DNA from: an uncultured bacterium
Lineage (GTDB): Bacteria; Fermentibacterota; Fermentibacteria; Fermentibacterales; JCC-6
Direction of reading: 5' to 3'
Assembly (NCBI GenBank): GCA_964624405.1
Contig: CAZUXA010000013.1
Span: forward strand, 3,829 to 67,828
DNA length: 64,000 nucleotides
Positions within the stretch are counted from its first letter, which is position 1, and every line of letters starts with the position of its first letter. Below are positions 46,688 through 57,558 of the stretch, piece after piece. The translations under genes and the position numbers were made by a program. Below the pieces are notes generated by a model. That model ran no database searches and was not told where the DNA came from. It was given only the letters and a program-made list of their open reading frames with translations.

Positions 46688-48889
46688 TCAGACGCTGGTG
46701 TATGGTCCCTTGCGATAGGAATACATGTAGCGGTAGGTGTAGTAGTTAACTCCGGAGTAGCCCCTGTCGGGCTCGAAACCGTTCAGGACCGCCCCGGCCA
46801 GATGGCACCCGGTCCTCTCCATTTTCTGCCAGACCGCGGCTACCGCCTTGGCGTTCACCTCTCCGGCTCTCACCACCATCAGCACGGTGTCCACCGCGGG
46901 AAGAATCTCCATGGCATCAGTGACCAGAACCAGTGGAGGAGCGTCGATCACCACCATGTCGAAGTTTGGCAGAAAAGTGTCGAAGAATTTGGAAGCGGAG
47001 GCCGCTCCCACCAGTTCCGCGGGATTGTGGGGAACCCGGCCGCTGGTAAGAACGGACAGATTGGGCTCAAAGGATTCCTGAATGGCTTCGTCGGCTGTGG
47101 CCTTGCCGGCGAGAAGCTCGGTGAAACCCGGCTCCTTGGAGAGTTTGAAGACCTTGTGGAGCATGGGCCTTCTAAGGTCGCAGTCCACAAGCAGAACCCT
47201 TCTGCCTGTTCTCGCCTCGGCTACGGAGAGATTGGCCGCGGTGGTGGTCTTGCCCTCCTGCGGCCCGCAACTGGTCACGAGAACTTTCCTCACGCCATCG
47301 CCTATCTTGACAAAGTCAAGGCTGGTTCTCAGATCGCGAAATGCTTCGGAATCCGGGGAAATGGGCTGATGAACCAGAACAATGTTCACGCCGTCCTTCC
47401 GCCCTGTCATACTCTTGGGAATAACGCCTATCACCGGGATGCCCATCTTCTCCAACTGGTCGGGGGTTCTGATGCTCACATCCAGCTGGTGGATCAGAAA
47501 CACCACACCGACTCCCATGGCCAGGCCCACAAGAAGCCCCATCATGAGATTTCTTCTGGTGGTGGGCCTGATCATCCCGCCAGGAAGCGCGGTATCGATT
47601 ATGGTCACATTTCCGATCTGGCCAACCTCGGCTATTCTTATCTCCTCGAACTTGGTTCGAAGAAGTATGTAGATGTTTTCGCTTACGGTACGGTTCCGCT
47701 CCAGCCTGGCGAGCTCGTACTCCAGGATCGGCAGGTCGGTCAGCCCGGTTTCCAGAAGCCTTACATGGGCTTCAAGGGAGTTTCTCCTTGAGACCAGAGA
47801 CCGAACCTGAGCTTCGGCCTCCATGAGCCCGTTCACCATGTTGTCAACCGCCCGGGCAGGGTCGTCGGGGCGGCTGATCCCCGCAGCGTCGCCTATGGCT
47901 TCCGCCAGTCCCCCGGCATAACCCCGGATCGCCCGGTCAATGTCTGCGACCGGGGGAGAATCCTCTTCCGCCCCCCTGGCCAGAAGAGCTGTTCGCGAGG
48001 CCTCGAGCCTGGAGATGTTGCCCTGCAGGGTGCGAATCAGATCGTTGTTCACCGTTCCAAGGTCCGCGGCCAGGTCACCCCTGTGCAGTTCCAGCTCCCG
48101 CATCAGAAAATCCCGGCGGACCGCGGCGGCGGCGGCTTCCGTGGCGGCGGAGGAGGCCTGGCTCTGGAAGGTAGCGATACTGTTGATAAGGTTTCTGGTT
48201 TCCGTGGTGAGATCCACCACTTCATTCACTTCCTTGAAAGCCAGAAGTTCCTCCTCGGCGGACTCCAGTTCCCATGTGATCTGGTTGAGCTGGGTTTCCA
48301 AAAACAGCCTTACCTGACGGTTCTCACCCTGAGCCTGGCTCCGGTTCCACCAGTGGTAGACGCTTACCGTGAGGTTTGCCAGGGCTGCCGATGCTTCAGG
48401 GCTGTAGCCCACGGCGGAGAGGGAGAAGAAATCCGTGTCTTTCACCCAGCTCACGGAGATGCTTCCGCTCACAAGACCGACAAGGCTGTTCCTGAGGTAT
48501 GGTGAAGGGGGAACATTGCCATGGAACAGCACCGCCACCAGGCTGTCCTTCGCGGGGGAACTCAGAATCGAGTCCGCGACCATTTCCGCCATGGATCTGC
48601 TTCTGATGAGGTGGATCTGGTTGTTTCTCACGGTTTCCATCTCGAACCACAGGGCGCCGGGCATGTTGAGCGTCCTGGACATCTTGTTCTCTATGTTGAA
48701 GATGAAACTGGTGTTGGACCTGTAGACCGGGGTGGTTCTGGCGTTGATCCAGAAGGCGCTGACAAGCCCGAGAAACACTCCGGCGAGGATGATCCACTTG
48801 CCTCGACGGATCAGCCAGATGTACTCCTGAAGGTTGATTCCATCGCCCTCCGGATGCATTCCGGATTGCCCGTATCCGCCTTCGTTCAT
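46688..48889 (-). CDS. polysaccharide co-polymerase / tyrosine autokinase (Wzc/GumC-like)
   Basis: N-terminal Wzz domain with 2 TM and a long coiled coil. C-terminal kinase with Walker A TSCGPQEGKTTTAANL and a Tyr-cluster tail NYYTYRYMYSYRKGPY. Confidence 0.85.
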   Translation of the reverse strand: MNEGGYGQSGMHPEGDGINLQEYIWLIRRGKWIILAGVFLGLVSAFWINARTTPVYRSNTSFIFNIENKMSRTLNMPGALWFEMETVRNNQIHLIRSRSMAEMVADSILSSPAKDSLVAVLFHGNVPPSPYLRNSLVGLVSGSISVSWVKDTDFFSLSAVGYSPEASAALANLTVSVYHWWNRSQAQGENRQVRLFLETQLNQITWELESAEEELLAFKEVNEVVDLTTETRNLINSIATFQSQASSAATEAAAAAVRRDFLMRELELHRGDLAADLGTVNNDLIRTLQGNISRLEASRTALLARGAEEDSPPVADIDRAIRGYAGGLAEAIGDAAGISRPDDPARAVDNMVNGLMEAEAQVRSLVSRRNSLEAHVRLLETGLTDLPILEYELARLERNRTVSENIYILLRTKFEEIRIAEVGQIGNVTIIDTALPGGMIRPTTRRNLMMGLLVGLAMGVGVVFLIHQLDVSIRTPDQLEKMGIPVIGVIPKSMTGRKDGVNIVLVHQPISPDSEAFRDLRTSLDFVKIGDGVRKVLVTSCGPQEGKTTTAANLSVAEARTGRRVLLVDCDLRRPMLHKVFKLSKEPGFTELLAGKATADEAIQESFEPNLSVLTSGRVPHNPAELVGAASASKFFDTFLPNFDMVVIDAPPLVLVTDAMEILPAVDTVLMVVRAGEVNAKAVAAVWQKMERTGCHLAGAVLNGFEPDRGYSGVNYYTYRYMYSYRKGPYTSV

Positions 48890-49299
48890 CTTGTGATCAC
48901 CAGAACGAGATTGACCGCGACAATGATCTTGTACGCGAAGTCAACCACATCCTTCCACCATTCGTAACCGCTTCTGCCCACATGCACCGTAACACCCGGC
49001 TCCATCGCCGGCACCGCGGAGCCCCTGCCATCAAGGTAGGCCTTGAGGTCGTAGACGCTTTGAAAGTCACGGTAGACTATTCGAACACGGCCGAGGTCGG
49101 CCTGGGAAGTGGGACCGCCGGCGGCGCTGAGGGCACTGATGAGATCGGCGTTCCAGGGAACCTCGTGAGCGCCGGGGCTTCGAACCTCACCCCAGATGTT
49201 CACGGTCATTGTTACTCTTTCAGCGTCCACACCCGGAATGGTGTAACCTCCCCCCGACAGTTCGGGGGTCAGGTTGAGAAAAAGCAATAGAAGAATCAC
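48886..49299 (-). CDS. small SLBB-domain polysaccharide-export-like protein
   Basis: VNIWGEVRSPG SLBB beta-grasp motif. C-terminal hydrophobic helix. ATGA overlap with the Wzc-like gene. Lacks the Poly_export N-domain of Wza. Confidence 0.5.
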   Translation of the reverse strand: MILLLLFLNLTPELSGGGYTIPGVDAERVTMTVNIWGEVRSPGAHEVPWNADLISALSAAGGPTSQADLGRVRIVYRDFQSVYDLKAYLDGRGSAVPAMEPGVTVHVGRSGYEWWKDVVDFAYKIIVAVNLVLVITR

Positions 49300-50615
49300 G
49301 CCTTGAACACCTTATCCATTCCCCGGGAGATACCGGAGCACGCGTTCCGGGTGTCAACCACCAGGCTGCTGTTGTCGACTATCCACTGCCAGTCGTAACA
49401 GGAATGGTCGGTGATCACCACCACGCAATCATAACCGGCCAGCGTTTCCGGGGTAAGCTCGACACCCACCGGCTGCCTGCGGGTCTGCCTGGTGCCCGCT
49501 GGAATCCGGGGGATGTAGGGGTCGTTGTAATCGACACTGGCGCCATCCGAAATGAGCTTCTCCATAACCTTGATGGCAGGCGTTTCCCGGTAGTCGTCGA
49601 TGTCCGGCTTGTACGCCATGCCGAGAATCAGGACTCTGCTTCCGTTCACCGCCTTGCGATGGGAGTTCAGCGCCTCGCAAACCCTTTCCACAACAAAATC
49701 CGGCATGGAGGTGTTGATCTCCCCGGCGAGTTCGATGAACCGCGTGGGCATTTCGTACTGCCTGGCCTTCCATGTGAGGTAGAAGGGATCGATGGGGATG
49801 CAGTGTCCCCCAAGACCCGGACCCGGATAGAAGGGGGTGTAGCCGAAAGGTTTGGTGGAAGCGGCCCGAATCACTTCCCAGATATCTATGCCCATCCGGT
49901 GAGCCAGAAGCTTCAGTTCGTTCACCAGGGCTATGTTCACGGCTCTGTATGTGTTCTCGGTGATCTTGGCCATTTCCGCCACTTCCGGGGAACTGACGGG
50001 AACAACGGTATCTATCGCGAAGGAGTACATGAGAACCGCGGCCTCGGTACACCCCGGGGTAAGGCCTCCCACCAGCTTTGGAATGGTTCGGGTATTGAAG
50101 CGGGGGTTGCCCGGATCCTCCCTTTCCGGGGAAAAGGCAACATGAAAATCACGGCCCGCGGCGAGACCGCTCTCCTCCAGAACCGGAACCATCTCGTCCC
50201 GGGTGGTTCCCGGGTATGTGGTGGATTCAAGGACTATCAGATGCCCCTTTTGAAGAATGGCCGCGGTTTCCCTGCATGAGTTCAGAACATAGCTGAGATC
50301 CGGCTGACGATGGCTTCCCAGCGGCGTTGGAACCGCGATGATCACAGCATCGGCCCCGGCCAGCAAGGAGAAATCCGTGGACGGCTGCAGCAGGCCCGTC
50401 TTCATGGTCTCACGGATTCTTTCATCGGAGATATGCTTCAGGTAGCTTTTTCCGTCTTCGAGAAAGACCGGTTTCCCGGGATCAATGTCCACCCCAATCA
50501 CCCTGCACCCGCCCAGAGCAAACTCCATTGCAAGGGGCAAGCCGACATATCCCAGGCCGATTACGCCTATGACGGGGTTTTTACGGGTTCCGAGCCTGTC
50601 CGTGAACGCGCTCAA
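49296..50615 (-). CDS. nucleotide-sugar dehydrogenase (UDP-N-acetyl-D-mannosamine/glucosamine dehydrogenase, WecC/WbpA-like)
   Basis: VIGVIGLGYVGLPLA NAD-binding N-terminus; UDPG_MGDP_dh central and C-terminal domains with catalytic Cys (GGHCIPID). Confidence 0.8.
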   Translation of the reverse strand: MSAFTDRLGTRKNPVIGVIGLGYVGLPLAMEFALGGCRVIGVDIDPGKPVFLEDGKSYLKHISDERIRETMKTGLLQPSTDFSLLAGADAVIIAVPTPLGSHRQPDLSYVLNSCRETAAILQKGHLIVLESTTYPGTTRDEMVPVLEESGLAAGRDFHVAFSPEREDPGNPRFNTRTIPKLVGGLTPGCTEAAVLMYSFAIDTVVPVSSPEVAEMAKITENTYRAVNIALVNELKLLAHRMGIDIWEVIRAASTKPFGYTPFYPGPGLGGHCIPIDPFYLTWKARQYEMPTRFIELAGEINTSMPDFVVERVCEALNSHRKAVNGSRVLILGMAYKPDIDDYRETPAIKVMEKLISDGASVDYNDPYIPRIPAGTRQTRRQPVGVELTPETLAGYDCVVVITDHSCYDWQWIVDNSSLVVDTRNACSGISRGMDKVFKA

Positions 50616-50617
50616 AG

Positions 50618-51919
50618 TCAGCCCCTCCCGATGCAGTGATACTTGAAGCCCATTTCCGTGAGCTTGACGGGGTTCCAGATGTTCCTCCCGTCAAAGATCA
50701 CCTTCTTCCCCAGAAGGTTGTGGATCCTCTCGAAATCCGGCTCACGGAACTCGGTCCATTCGGTAACCAGCACAAGAGAATCGGCGCCTTCCAGAGCCGA
50801 GTAACTGGACGGGCAGTACTCAACCCTTTCCCCGATGAGCCGGCGGGCGTAGTCCATGGCTTCGGGATCGTAAACCTTCACCCTTGCCCCCATGGAAAGC
50901 AGGTCGTCGATGATCACCAACGATGGAGCGTCCCTCATGTCGTCGGTGTTCGGTTTGAACGAAAGCCCCCAGACTCCGAAGGTCAGGCCGCTCAGGTCAT
51001 CTCCGAATTCCGCGGCTATCTTCCTTCCCAGTATCTTCTTCTGAGCCTCGTTGACACTTGTCACGGCGTTGAGGATGGAGAGGGGGTAGCCGTTCTCCGA
51101 TGCGGTGAAGCGAAGGGCTTTCACATCCTTGGGAAAGCAGCTCCCGCCATATCCAACACCCGGGAAAATGAAATGCGGGCCGATTCTGCTGTCGCTGCCA
51201 ATGCCCCTGCGGATGTCATGAACATCGGCGCCCACGATATCGCAGAGATTGGCTATCTCGTTCATGAAGCTGATCTTGGTGGCGAGAAGGCTGTTTGCAA
51301 CATACTTGGTGAGCTCGGCGGAACGGTTGCTCATGATATAGATGGGGTTGTTGGTGCGCACGAAGGGGCGGTAAAGCTCCCTCATCACCTCGGCGGTTTC
51401 GGGAGAATCTGTGCCTATCACCACTCTGTCCGGTTTCATGAAGTCATCGATGGCGTCGCCTTCCTTCAGAAACTCCGGATTGCTTACCACACTCACCGGG
51501 TGCCTGGTGTGCCTCAGGATTTCCTCACGAACCTTCTCCGCTGTTCCAACGGGAACCGTGCTTTTATTGACCACGATTCTTGGCCCGTCCATGTGACGGC
51601 CTATGTCCGCCGCCACCGCCAGCACATGCTGAAGGTCCGCGCTTCCGTCCTCATCAGGCGGGGTTCCCACCGCGACAAAAATTATCGAACTGTTCAATAC
51701 TGCATCGGCGGTACTCTCGGTGAATGTCAGGCGGCTTTCCTTTACATTCCTGTCCACCAGAACATCAAGCCCGGGCTCATAGATGGGCATCTCTCCCTTG
51801 CGAAGCTTCGCGATCTTGTCTTTGTCACTATCGGCGCATACTACGGTGTTACCCATTTCGGCAAGGCAAGCTGCGGCCACGAGACCGACATATCCGCTGC
51901 CTACTACAGCTATCTTCAT
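50618..51919 (-). CDS. ugd: UDP-glucose 6-dehydrogenase
   Basis: MKIAVVGSGYVGLV... and GGSCFPKD catalytic motif. Start at ATG 51919 with GGAGGA RBS. The ORF-track 37-aa N-extension was rejected. Confidence 0.85.
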   Translation of the reverse strand: MKIAVVGSGYVGLVAAACLAEMGNTVVCADSDKDKIAKLRKGEMPIYEPGLDVLVDRNVKESRLTFTESTADAVLNSSIIFVAVGTPPDEDGSADLQHVLAVAADIGRHMDGPRIVVNKSTVPVGTAEKVREEILRHTRHPVSVVSNPEFLKEGDAIDDFMKPDRVVIGTDSPETAEVMRELYRPFVRTNNPIYIMSNRSAELTKYVANSLLATKISFMNEIANLCDIVGADVHDIRRGIGSDSRIGPHFIFPGVGYGGSCFPKDVKALRFTASENGYPLSILNAVTSVNEAQKKILGRKIAAEFGDDLSGLTFGVWGLSFKPNTDDMRDAPSLVIIDDLLSMGARVKVYDPEAMDYARRLIGERVEYCPSSYSALEGADSLVLVTEWTEFREPDFERIHNLLGKKVIFDGRNIWNPVKLTEMGFKYHCIGRG

Positions 51920-52030
51920 GTTTCCTCCAAGTGGAAGGATACGAATCGACCTCCCATGAAAGGGAGCACTGGCACAAGAGAATAATGCACACTGGAAACG
52001 GTGTAAAGGCAAAGACGAGGGTCTCTCCAA

Positions 52031-53917
52031 TCAGACCCGGCAGAGCCTTCGGGTTTCGCCCTCCCTCCGGGTGATACCCCGGTTGTCCATGATTTCCGCC
52101 CACATAAGCGCGTACTTTCTGCTCACACCCAGCGCCTCACGGAACTCACCGAGCCGGAAGCCCCTGGAACCGAAGGCATCCCGGGCCACTGAAGCCGACC
52201 TCTCCAGAACTCCTGGTGTGGTAAGCACCCCTTCGTCCAGAAGAATGATCATGCCCCTGGCCAGCAGAGCCTCCCAGTCCTCCCGGCGTACTCCCTTCAG
52301 GGGAAGCTGCGCTCCCTCAAATCCGAAGCGCTCCAAAATCGCCACAATTCTCTCCGCTTCGTCCATCAGCCTTCCCTCAAGCTCCGCTGGAACCCCGGCG
52401 TCTGCCAGAAAGTCGCCCCGGCGCTCAAGAACCCCCTTCGACAGCAGCTCTCCCAGGGCAAACCTGATGAGCCACTGGGGTGTTCCGGCGGGAAGATTCC
52501 TGGCCAGCATGGCCGTTCCGATTCCGGGGGACAGGGGAACGCTTCGATGAACGGTTTCCACGGCCCCAATCACTTTTCTCTTCAGGTTTTCCACCACGGA
52601 TGAAAGAACAAGCCTTTCACTCTTTCCGTCGGTGAGCTGAACGGCCCTGCCCTCATCCACCAGCCGTTGCGCCGCCTGAGCCGTATCGACGGGATCGCTG
52701 CCGGACGAGGCAATGAAACCCTGCAGCGGCACGGAGCCGTCATCACTGTCCTCCATGGCTTCCTGAAGCACATCCGCCAGATCCCCATGGCTCAGCAGTT
52801 CCAGATGCCTGAGCCTCACCTCCCGGAATCGCGCCCTGACCTTCGGGGTTCCGGTGTCGAGAATCACTCCTCCGCCAATGGTTATCACCGGGGAGTATCT
52901 TCTGATGACGAAGCGGTCGCCGGGCACCGCCACCACCGGATGCTCCAGCTGAAAATGCACGAAACCCCCGTTTCCCCTGGTGATCGGGACTCCATCCACC
53001 GGAATTGCCCTGGCCATAACCTCCGCGGTTCCGATGTGGATTCTCACCCTTTGCCTGGGATGAAGGTCCACCTCACCCGGAAGCACGGTACACTGGGTAT
53101 CGAGGCTGGAAAGCGCTCTGAGCCATCCCGGTTCTCCCAGAACCGCGCCCCTCTGCACATCCTCCTTGTCCAGTCCGGTAAGGTTCAGGGCGATCCGGTC
53201 GCCGGCATTGCCCTCGGATGCTTTCCGGTGATCATTGACACCAATCTCCCTGACACGGTACTGCCGTCCACCGGGCTGAATCTCCACCGTATCACCGGAT
53301 CTGACCGTGCCGGAAAGCCCGGTTCCACACACCACGGTACCGAACCCCTTCAGGCTGAACACCCTGTCCACCGGAAGCCGGAACCGCCCCTTGGAGCTTC
53401 TCCGGGAGTATCCCTCAACCATTCGCAGGACTTCTTCCTTCAGCTTTTCCATGCCCTGGCCCGTCATTGCGGAAACCCGGATAATCGGGGCGTCCTGGGC
53501 GGGGGTTCCCTGAAGAGCCTCCCGGACTTCCTCTTCCGCCAGTTCCTGAAGCTCATCCCCCACCAGGTCGCATTTTGAAAGGGCCACGATACCGCGGTTG
53601 ACTTCGAGAAGCCGAAGAATGTCCAGGTGTTCTCTGGTCTGGGGCATCACACCCTCATCCGCGCTCACCACCAGAAGAAAGCAATCCACTGTGGACACCC
53701 CGGCCACCATGGTTCTTATAAACTTCTCGTGGCCTGGGACATCGATGAAGCTCACGGTGGTTCCGTCGGGATTTTCCAGAAAAACATATCCCAGTTCAAT
53801 TGTGATACCCCGCTGCTTCTCCTCCTTCAGCCGGTCAGGATCCCTGCCGGTCAGAGCCATCATCAGGCTGCTCTTGCCGTGGTCGATGTGCCCCGCGGTA
53901 CCTACGATCACCCCCAC
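52031..53917 (-). CDS. selB: selenocysteine-specific translation elongation factor SelB
   Basis: GTAGHIDHGKS...DVPGHEKF...SKCD GTPase motifs. Strong similarity to the SelB N-terminus. 628 aa with a C-terminal winged-helix extension. Confidence 0.9.
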   Translation of the reverse strand: MGVIVGTAGHIDHGKSSLMMALTGRDPDRLKEEKQRGITIELGYVFLENPDGTTVSFIDVPGHEKFIRTMVAGVSTVDCFLLVVSADEGVMPQTREHLDILRLLEVNRGIVALSKCDLVGDELQELAEEEVREALQGTPAQDAPIIRVSAMTGQGMEKLKEEVLRMVEGYSRRSSKGRFRLPVDRVFSLKGFGTVVCGTGLSGTVRSGDTVEIQPGGRQYRVREIGVNDHRKASEGNAGDRIALNLTGLDKEDVQRGAVLGEPGWLRALSSLDTQCTVLPGEVDLHPRQRVRIHIGTAEVMARAIPVDGVPITRGNGGFVHFQLEHPVVAVPGDRFVIRRYSPVITIGGGVILDTGTPKVRARFREVRLRHLELLSHGDLADVLQEAMEDSDDGSVPLQGFIASSGSDPVDTAQAAQRLVDEGRAVQLTDGKSERLVLSSVVENLKRKVIGAVETVHRSVPLSPGIGTAMLARNLPAGTPQWLIRFALGELLSKGVLERRGDFLADAGVPAELEGRLMDEAERIVAILERFGFEGAQLPLKGVRREDWEALLARGMIILLDEGVLTTPGVLERSASVARDAFGSRGFRLGEFREALGVSRKYALMWAEIMDNRGITRREGETRRLCRV

Positions 53918-55278
53918 AGCCGCTCCAGTTCACTGCTGAGCCTGATGCCCAGTATCTCATCCTCGCCAGGCTGCACCGTTCTGAGGTCGAGTTTGACCGA
54001 GTCCTCCTCCACCCTCACCGCCACCGCAGGATTTCCACTCCGCAGAGCATGGGCAAGGCCGTCGGGAGAGGGGCAGGTAATCGAGATTCCTGCGGAAGGA
54101 ATCGCGGTGTCGGGCAGGGCGCCGCTTCCCACGAAGCTGCCCATCTCCTCAACGAATGCTTCGCACCCGGAAGGAACCGAAATCGTTGAAAGAACCGCCT
54201 CGGCCCGGAGCCGAATGGACTGGGGCTTCTCGGAGAACATGCCGTAAACCGGGTGATGCAGAGCCAGATAGCTTTCATCCTCCAGAAAAAGGGACAGGCT
54301 TGCCTCGAGCCCCGCCAGGGTGAGTTTGCACACCCGGAGCGCCCTGGCCAGAGGGTGCTTGCGGATGATGTCGATGAAACGCTTTTCACCGAGAAGAATC
54401 CCGGCCTGAGGACCGCCGATGAGTTTGTCGCCGGAACAGGTGATCACTGAAGCGCCCTCCTGAACACTCTGTTGAACAGTGGGCTCCGGTGGAAGGCCGA
54501 ACTTGTCCAGGGGAACCAGGCTTCCAGCACCGAGATCGTCTATGACCGGAACCCCCGCCCGACGCCCGAGAGCGACCAGGTCACCCAGTGAAACCTCTCC
54601 GGTAAACCCCCTTACCCTGTAATTCGACGGGTGTACCCTGAGTATGGCTCCGGTGTTTTCCGACAGAGCCGATTCGTAATCCCGCAGATGGGTTCGGTTG
54701 GTGCAGCCCACCTCCACCATGACGCAGCCGCTCTGCTTCATCACCTCGGGAATCCTGAACGCTCCGCCGATCTCCACCAGTTGCCCCCGGGAAACGATGA
54801 CCTCCCTGCCCCGGGCCAGCGCTGAGAGAACCAGCATGGTGGCGCCGGCGTTGTTGTTGGCAACCGTGGCCGCCTGGGCGCCGGTGATCCGTGTGAGAAG
54901 GTTTTCCACATGTCCGTCACGGTGGCCACGGACCCCTGCCTGTCGGTCCCACTGAAGAACCGCGTAACCTGTGGCGACCCTTCTGATGTTCTCCACCGCC
55001 AGGGGCGGCAGACAAGCCCTTCCCAGTCCGGTGTGGAGGATGACTCCGGTTGCGTTGACGACGGTGGCCATGGAAGAAGCCGCCATGTTTCCCGCTCTCT
55101 GCAGGGCCGCCTGCGCCAGTTCCCGCAGGGTGGGACAGGGGCTTCCGTCAAGAATGCTTTGTCTTGCCTTTTCCACCGTCTCCCGCGCCGCGTCCCTCAG
55201 GATGGAGGGTGGATGGCCGGAAAGCTCCTGAATAACCGCATGAACCGGTGGAAGGTTCCTGAGCCCGTCGGTGCCCAC
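53908..55278 (-). CDS. selA: L-seryl-tRNA(Sec) selenium transferase SelA
   Basis: VIVSRGQLVEIGGAFRIPEVMKQSGCVMVEVGCTNRTHLRDYESAL matches the SelA PLP-fold core. 456 aa. Overlaps the selB start. Confidence 0.9.
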   Translation of the reverse strand: MGTDGLRNLPPVHAVIQELSGHPPSILRDAARETVEKARQSILDGSPCPTLRELAQAALQRAGNMAASSMATVVNATGVILHTGLGRACLPPLAVENIRRVATGYAVLQWDRQAGVRGHRDGHVENLLTRITGAQAATVANNNAGATMLVLSALARGREVIVSRGQLVEIGGAFRIPEVMKQSGCVMVEVGCTNRTHLRDYESALSENTGAILRVHPSNYRVRGFTGEVSLGDLVALGRRAGVPVIDDLGAGSLVPLDKFGLPPEPTVQQSVQEGASVITCSGDKLIGGPQAGILLGEKRFIDIIRKHPLARALRVCKLTLAGLEASLSLFLEDESYLALHHPVYGMFSEKPQSIRLRAEAVLSTISVPSGCEAFVEEMGSFVGSGALPDTAIPSAGISITCPSPDGLAHALRSGNPAVAVRVEEDSVKLDLRTVQPGEDEILGIRLSSELERLWG

Positions 55279-55294
55279 GGTTTCCTCCTTCGTT

Positions 55295-56302
55295 CTATGA
55301 CTGCGCCAGATGGGTTCCCATCATGCGGATCGACTTTTTGGGGCACTTGGGTACACACTGACCGCACCCGACACACTTCTCAGGCACAACCTCGTGTTTG
55401 CTTTTCAACTCACCCTGAATCGCGTTGGTGGGACAGACCTTCGTACAGAGGGTGCAGCCTATGCATGTACTGTCGATGAATGCCTTGGGCCGAACCTTGA
55501 CAAGGTCGTTGATGGCGGAAGTGGGGCACTCCCCGGCGCAGATGCCGCAGTTGATGCATTTGCCCGAATCGATGGACGCCAGGTTGTTCTCCAGGGTTAT
55601 GGCGTCTACCGGGCATGCCTTCACACATTTGCCGCAGCCGATGCATGCCACTGAACAAGCCTTTCTGGCCACACCGCCCTTGTCCCTGCTGGAACACGCG
55701 ATGATGACTTTCCTGTCTTCCGGCCACAGGCTTATGAGTTTTCTCGGACAGGCGGCGATACACTTTCCGCAACCGGTGCACAGTTCGGCGTCGATTTCCG
55801 GAAGCCCGTTCTCGCCCATGCGCATGGCCCCGAAGGGACAGGCCCTGAAGCAGTCGCCAAGCCCGAGACAGCCGTAACGGCAAAGCTTGTGCCCCTCCAT
55901 CACCAAGACCGCCGAGGCACAGCTTTCCGGGCCGCGATATGTAAAGGCGTCAACGGCGCTGTGGCCTCCACCGCAGTGGAGAACCGCCACATTTCTAACG
56001 CTTTCATCCATGGCCACACCGAGGATGGAGGCGATCCTGGCGTTTACACCCGCTCCCGCAGCCACGCAGCCCCCCGGAGGAGCCAGCCCCTTCACCACAG
56101 CGTCGGCGAACGCCCCGCAGCCCGGATAACCGCACCCACCGCAGTTGGCGGCGGGAAGCACTTCCTCTATTCTTTCCACCCTGGGATCTTTGGGAACAGA
56201 GAGCTTCTTCGACGCGAGAGCCAGGCCAAGGCCAAGAAGAAGACCGACCCCGCCAAGAACCACGGCGGGCACCAGGACAGCGGTCATGACCAGCGTATCC
56301 AT
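55295..56302 (-). CDS. rnfB: Rnf complex subunit B (poly-ferredoxin form)
   Basis: N-terminal [11 protein letters not shown] motif, multiple CxxCxxCxxxCP 4Fe-4S motifs. Confidence 0.85.
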   Translation of the reverse strand: MDTLVMTAVLVPAVVLGGVGLLLGLGLALASKKLSVPKDPRVERIEEVLPAANCGGCGYPGCGAFADAVVKGLAPPGGCVAAGAGVNARIASILGVAMDESVRNVAVLHCGGGHSAVDAFTYRGPESCASAVLVMEGHKLCRYGCLGLGDCFRACPFGAMRMGENGLPEIDAELCTGCGKCIAACPRKLISLWPEDRKVIIACSSRDKGGVARKACSVACIGCGKCVKACPVDAITLENNLASIDSGKCINCGICAGECPTSAINDLVKVRPKAFIDSTCIGCTLCTKVCPTNAIQGELKSKHEVVPEKCVGCGQCVPKCPKKSIRMMGTHLAQS

Positions 56303-56305
56303 GCC

Positions 56306-56950
56306 CTACCCCCCCAGTCCCGCGAAGCCGAGAAAGGCGATGGACATGGCGCCGGCGACAAGAAACGCGATGGGGAGCCCCCGAAGGGATCGGGGCACCG
56401 GAGCCTGATCAAGCCTTTCCCGAAGCCCCGCCATCAGCACCAGGGCCAAAGTGAAACCGATTCCCGCCGCCACCGCGTGCACAAGGCTGTAGCCAAGGCC
56501 GAACTTCTCGTCGATGTTCAGTACCGCCACGCCGAGAATCGCGCAGTTCGTGGTGATCAGGGGGAGGAAAATTCCCAGAGCCTGATAGAGGGCGGGGCTG
56601 AACTTCTGCAGGATCATCTCAACCAGTTGAACCAGTGACGCAATGATGATGATGAAGGCGATGGTTCGCAGGTATGTGATGCCCAGGGGAACCAGAAGCA
56701 GGTGGTAAACCACCCAGCTGCCCAGGGTGGCCAGGGCCATGACGAAAATCACCGCGGCCCCCATACCCACAGCGCTGTCCAGCTGTTTGGAAACACCGAG
56801 AAAAGGACAAATCCCCAGAAAACGGCTTAGGACGAAGTTGTTGATGAAAATGGCGCCTATGATTATGGCCATCAGCGCCCCGAAACTGAAACCCGAATCC
56901 GGTGTTCCGGAAGTCGAGGCGAGGATCGTCGGGAGAAGGAAGGGGTTCAC
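56306..56950 (-). CDS. rnfA: Rnf complex subunit A
   Basis: FINNFVLSRFLGICPFLGVSKQLDSAVGMG and LGIFLPLITTNCAILG motifs. Confidence 0.85.
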   Translation of the reverse strand: MNPFLLPTILASTSGTPDSGFSFGALMAIIIGAIFINNFVLSRFLGICPFLGVSKQLDSAVGMGAAVIFVMALATLGSWVVYHLLLVPLGITYLRTIAFIIIIASLVQLVEMILQKFSPALYQALGIFLPLITTNCAILGVAVLNIDEKFGLGYSLVHAVAAGIGFTLALVLMAGLRERLDQAPVPRSLRGLPIAFLVAGAMSIAFLGFAGLGG

Positions 56951-57558
56951 AGCGCACCTCCTTTCCTTCTGTTGTCAATCATGTTGAAGAAGCCCAGGAT
57001 GAACCCCATGAGGATGAACGCTCCCGGGGCCAGAATGGCGATGAGAATCGGCTGATTGCTGTAAGGGGAGCCCAGCAGATTGATGCCCAGCCAGGTTCCG
57101 CTGCCAAGGATTTCCCGGAATGTGGCCATGACCACCATGGCGAAGGTGAACCCCACCCCCATGCCCAGCGCGTCCGCAAGGGCGGCGGGAACCGTGTTCC
57201 GGTTGGCAAAGCCCTCGGCCCTGCCCAGTATTATGCAGTTCACCACAATCAGGGGGATGAAGATGCCAAGGCTGCGGTGGAGATCAGGCAGGTAGGCGTT
57301 CATTATCAGATCGACCAGAGTGACGAAGGTGGCGATGATAACGATGTAGCATGGAATTCGAACCTTGGACGGGATGACACTGCGAAGCAGGGCCACGAGA
57401 AAGTTTGAGCAGATCAGGACAAAACCGGCGGCGACTCCCATTCCCAGGGCGTTCTCCACACTGGAGGTAACCGCCAGAAACGGGCACATGCCCAGGGCAA
57501 GCCGGAAAACCGGGTTCTCCTTGTAGATTCCCTTGGTAAACTCTCTGGTGAGGCTCAC
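56947..57558 (-). CDS. rnfE: Rnf complex subunit E
   Basis: LALGMCPFLAVTSSVENALGMG and LGIFIPLIVVNCIILGRAE motifs. Confidence 0.85.
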   Translation of the reverse strand: MSLTREFTKGIYKENPVFRLALGMCPFLAVTSSVENALGMGVAAGFVLICSNFLVALLRSVIPSKVRIPCYIVIIATFVTLVDLIMNAYLPDLHRSLGIFIPLIVVNCIILGRAEGFANRNTVPAALADALGMGVGFTFAMVVMATFREILGSGTWLGINLLGSPYSNQPILIAILAPGAFILMGFILGFFNMIDNRRKGGAL

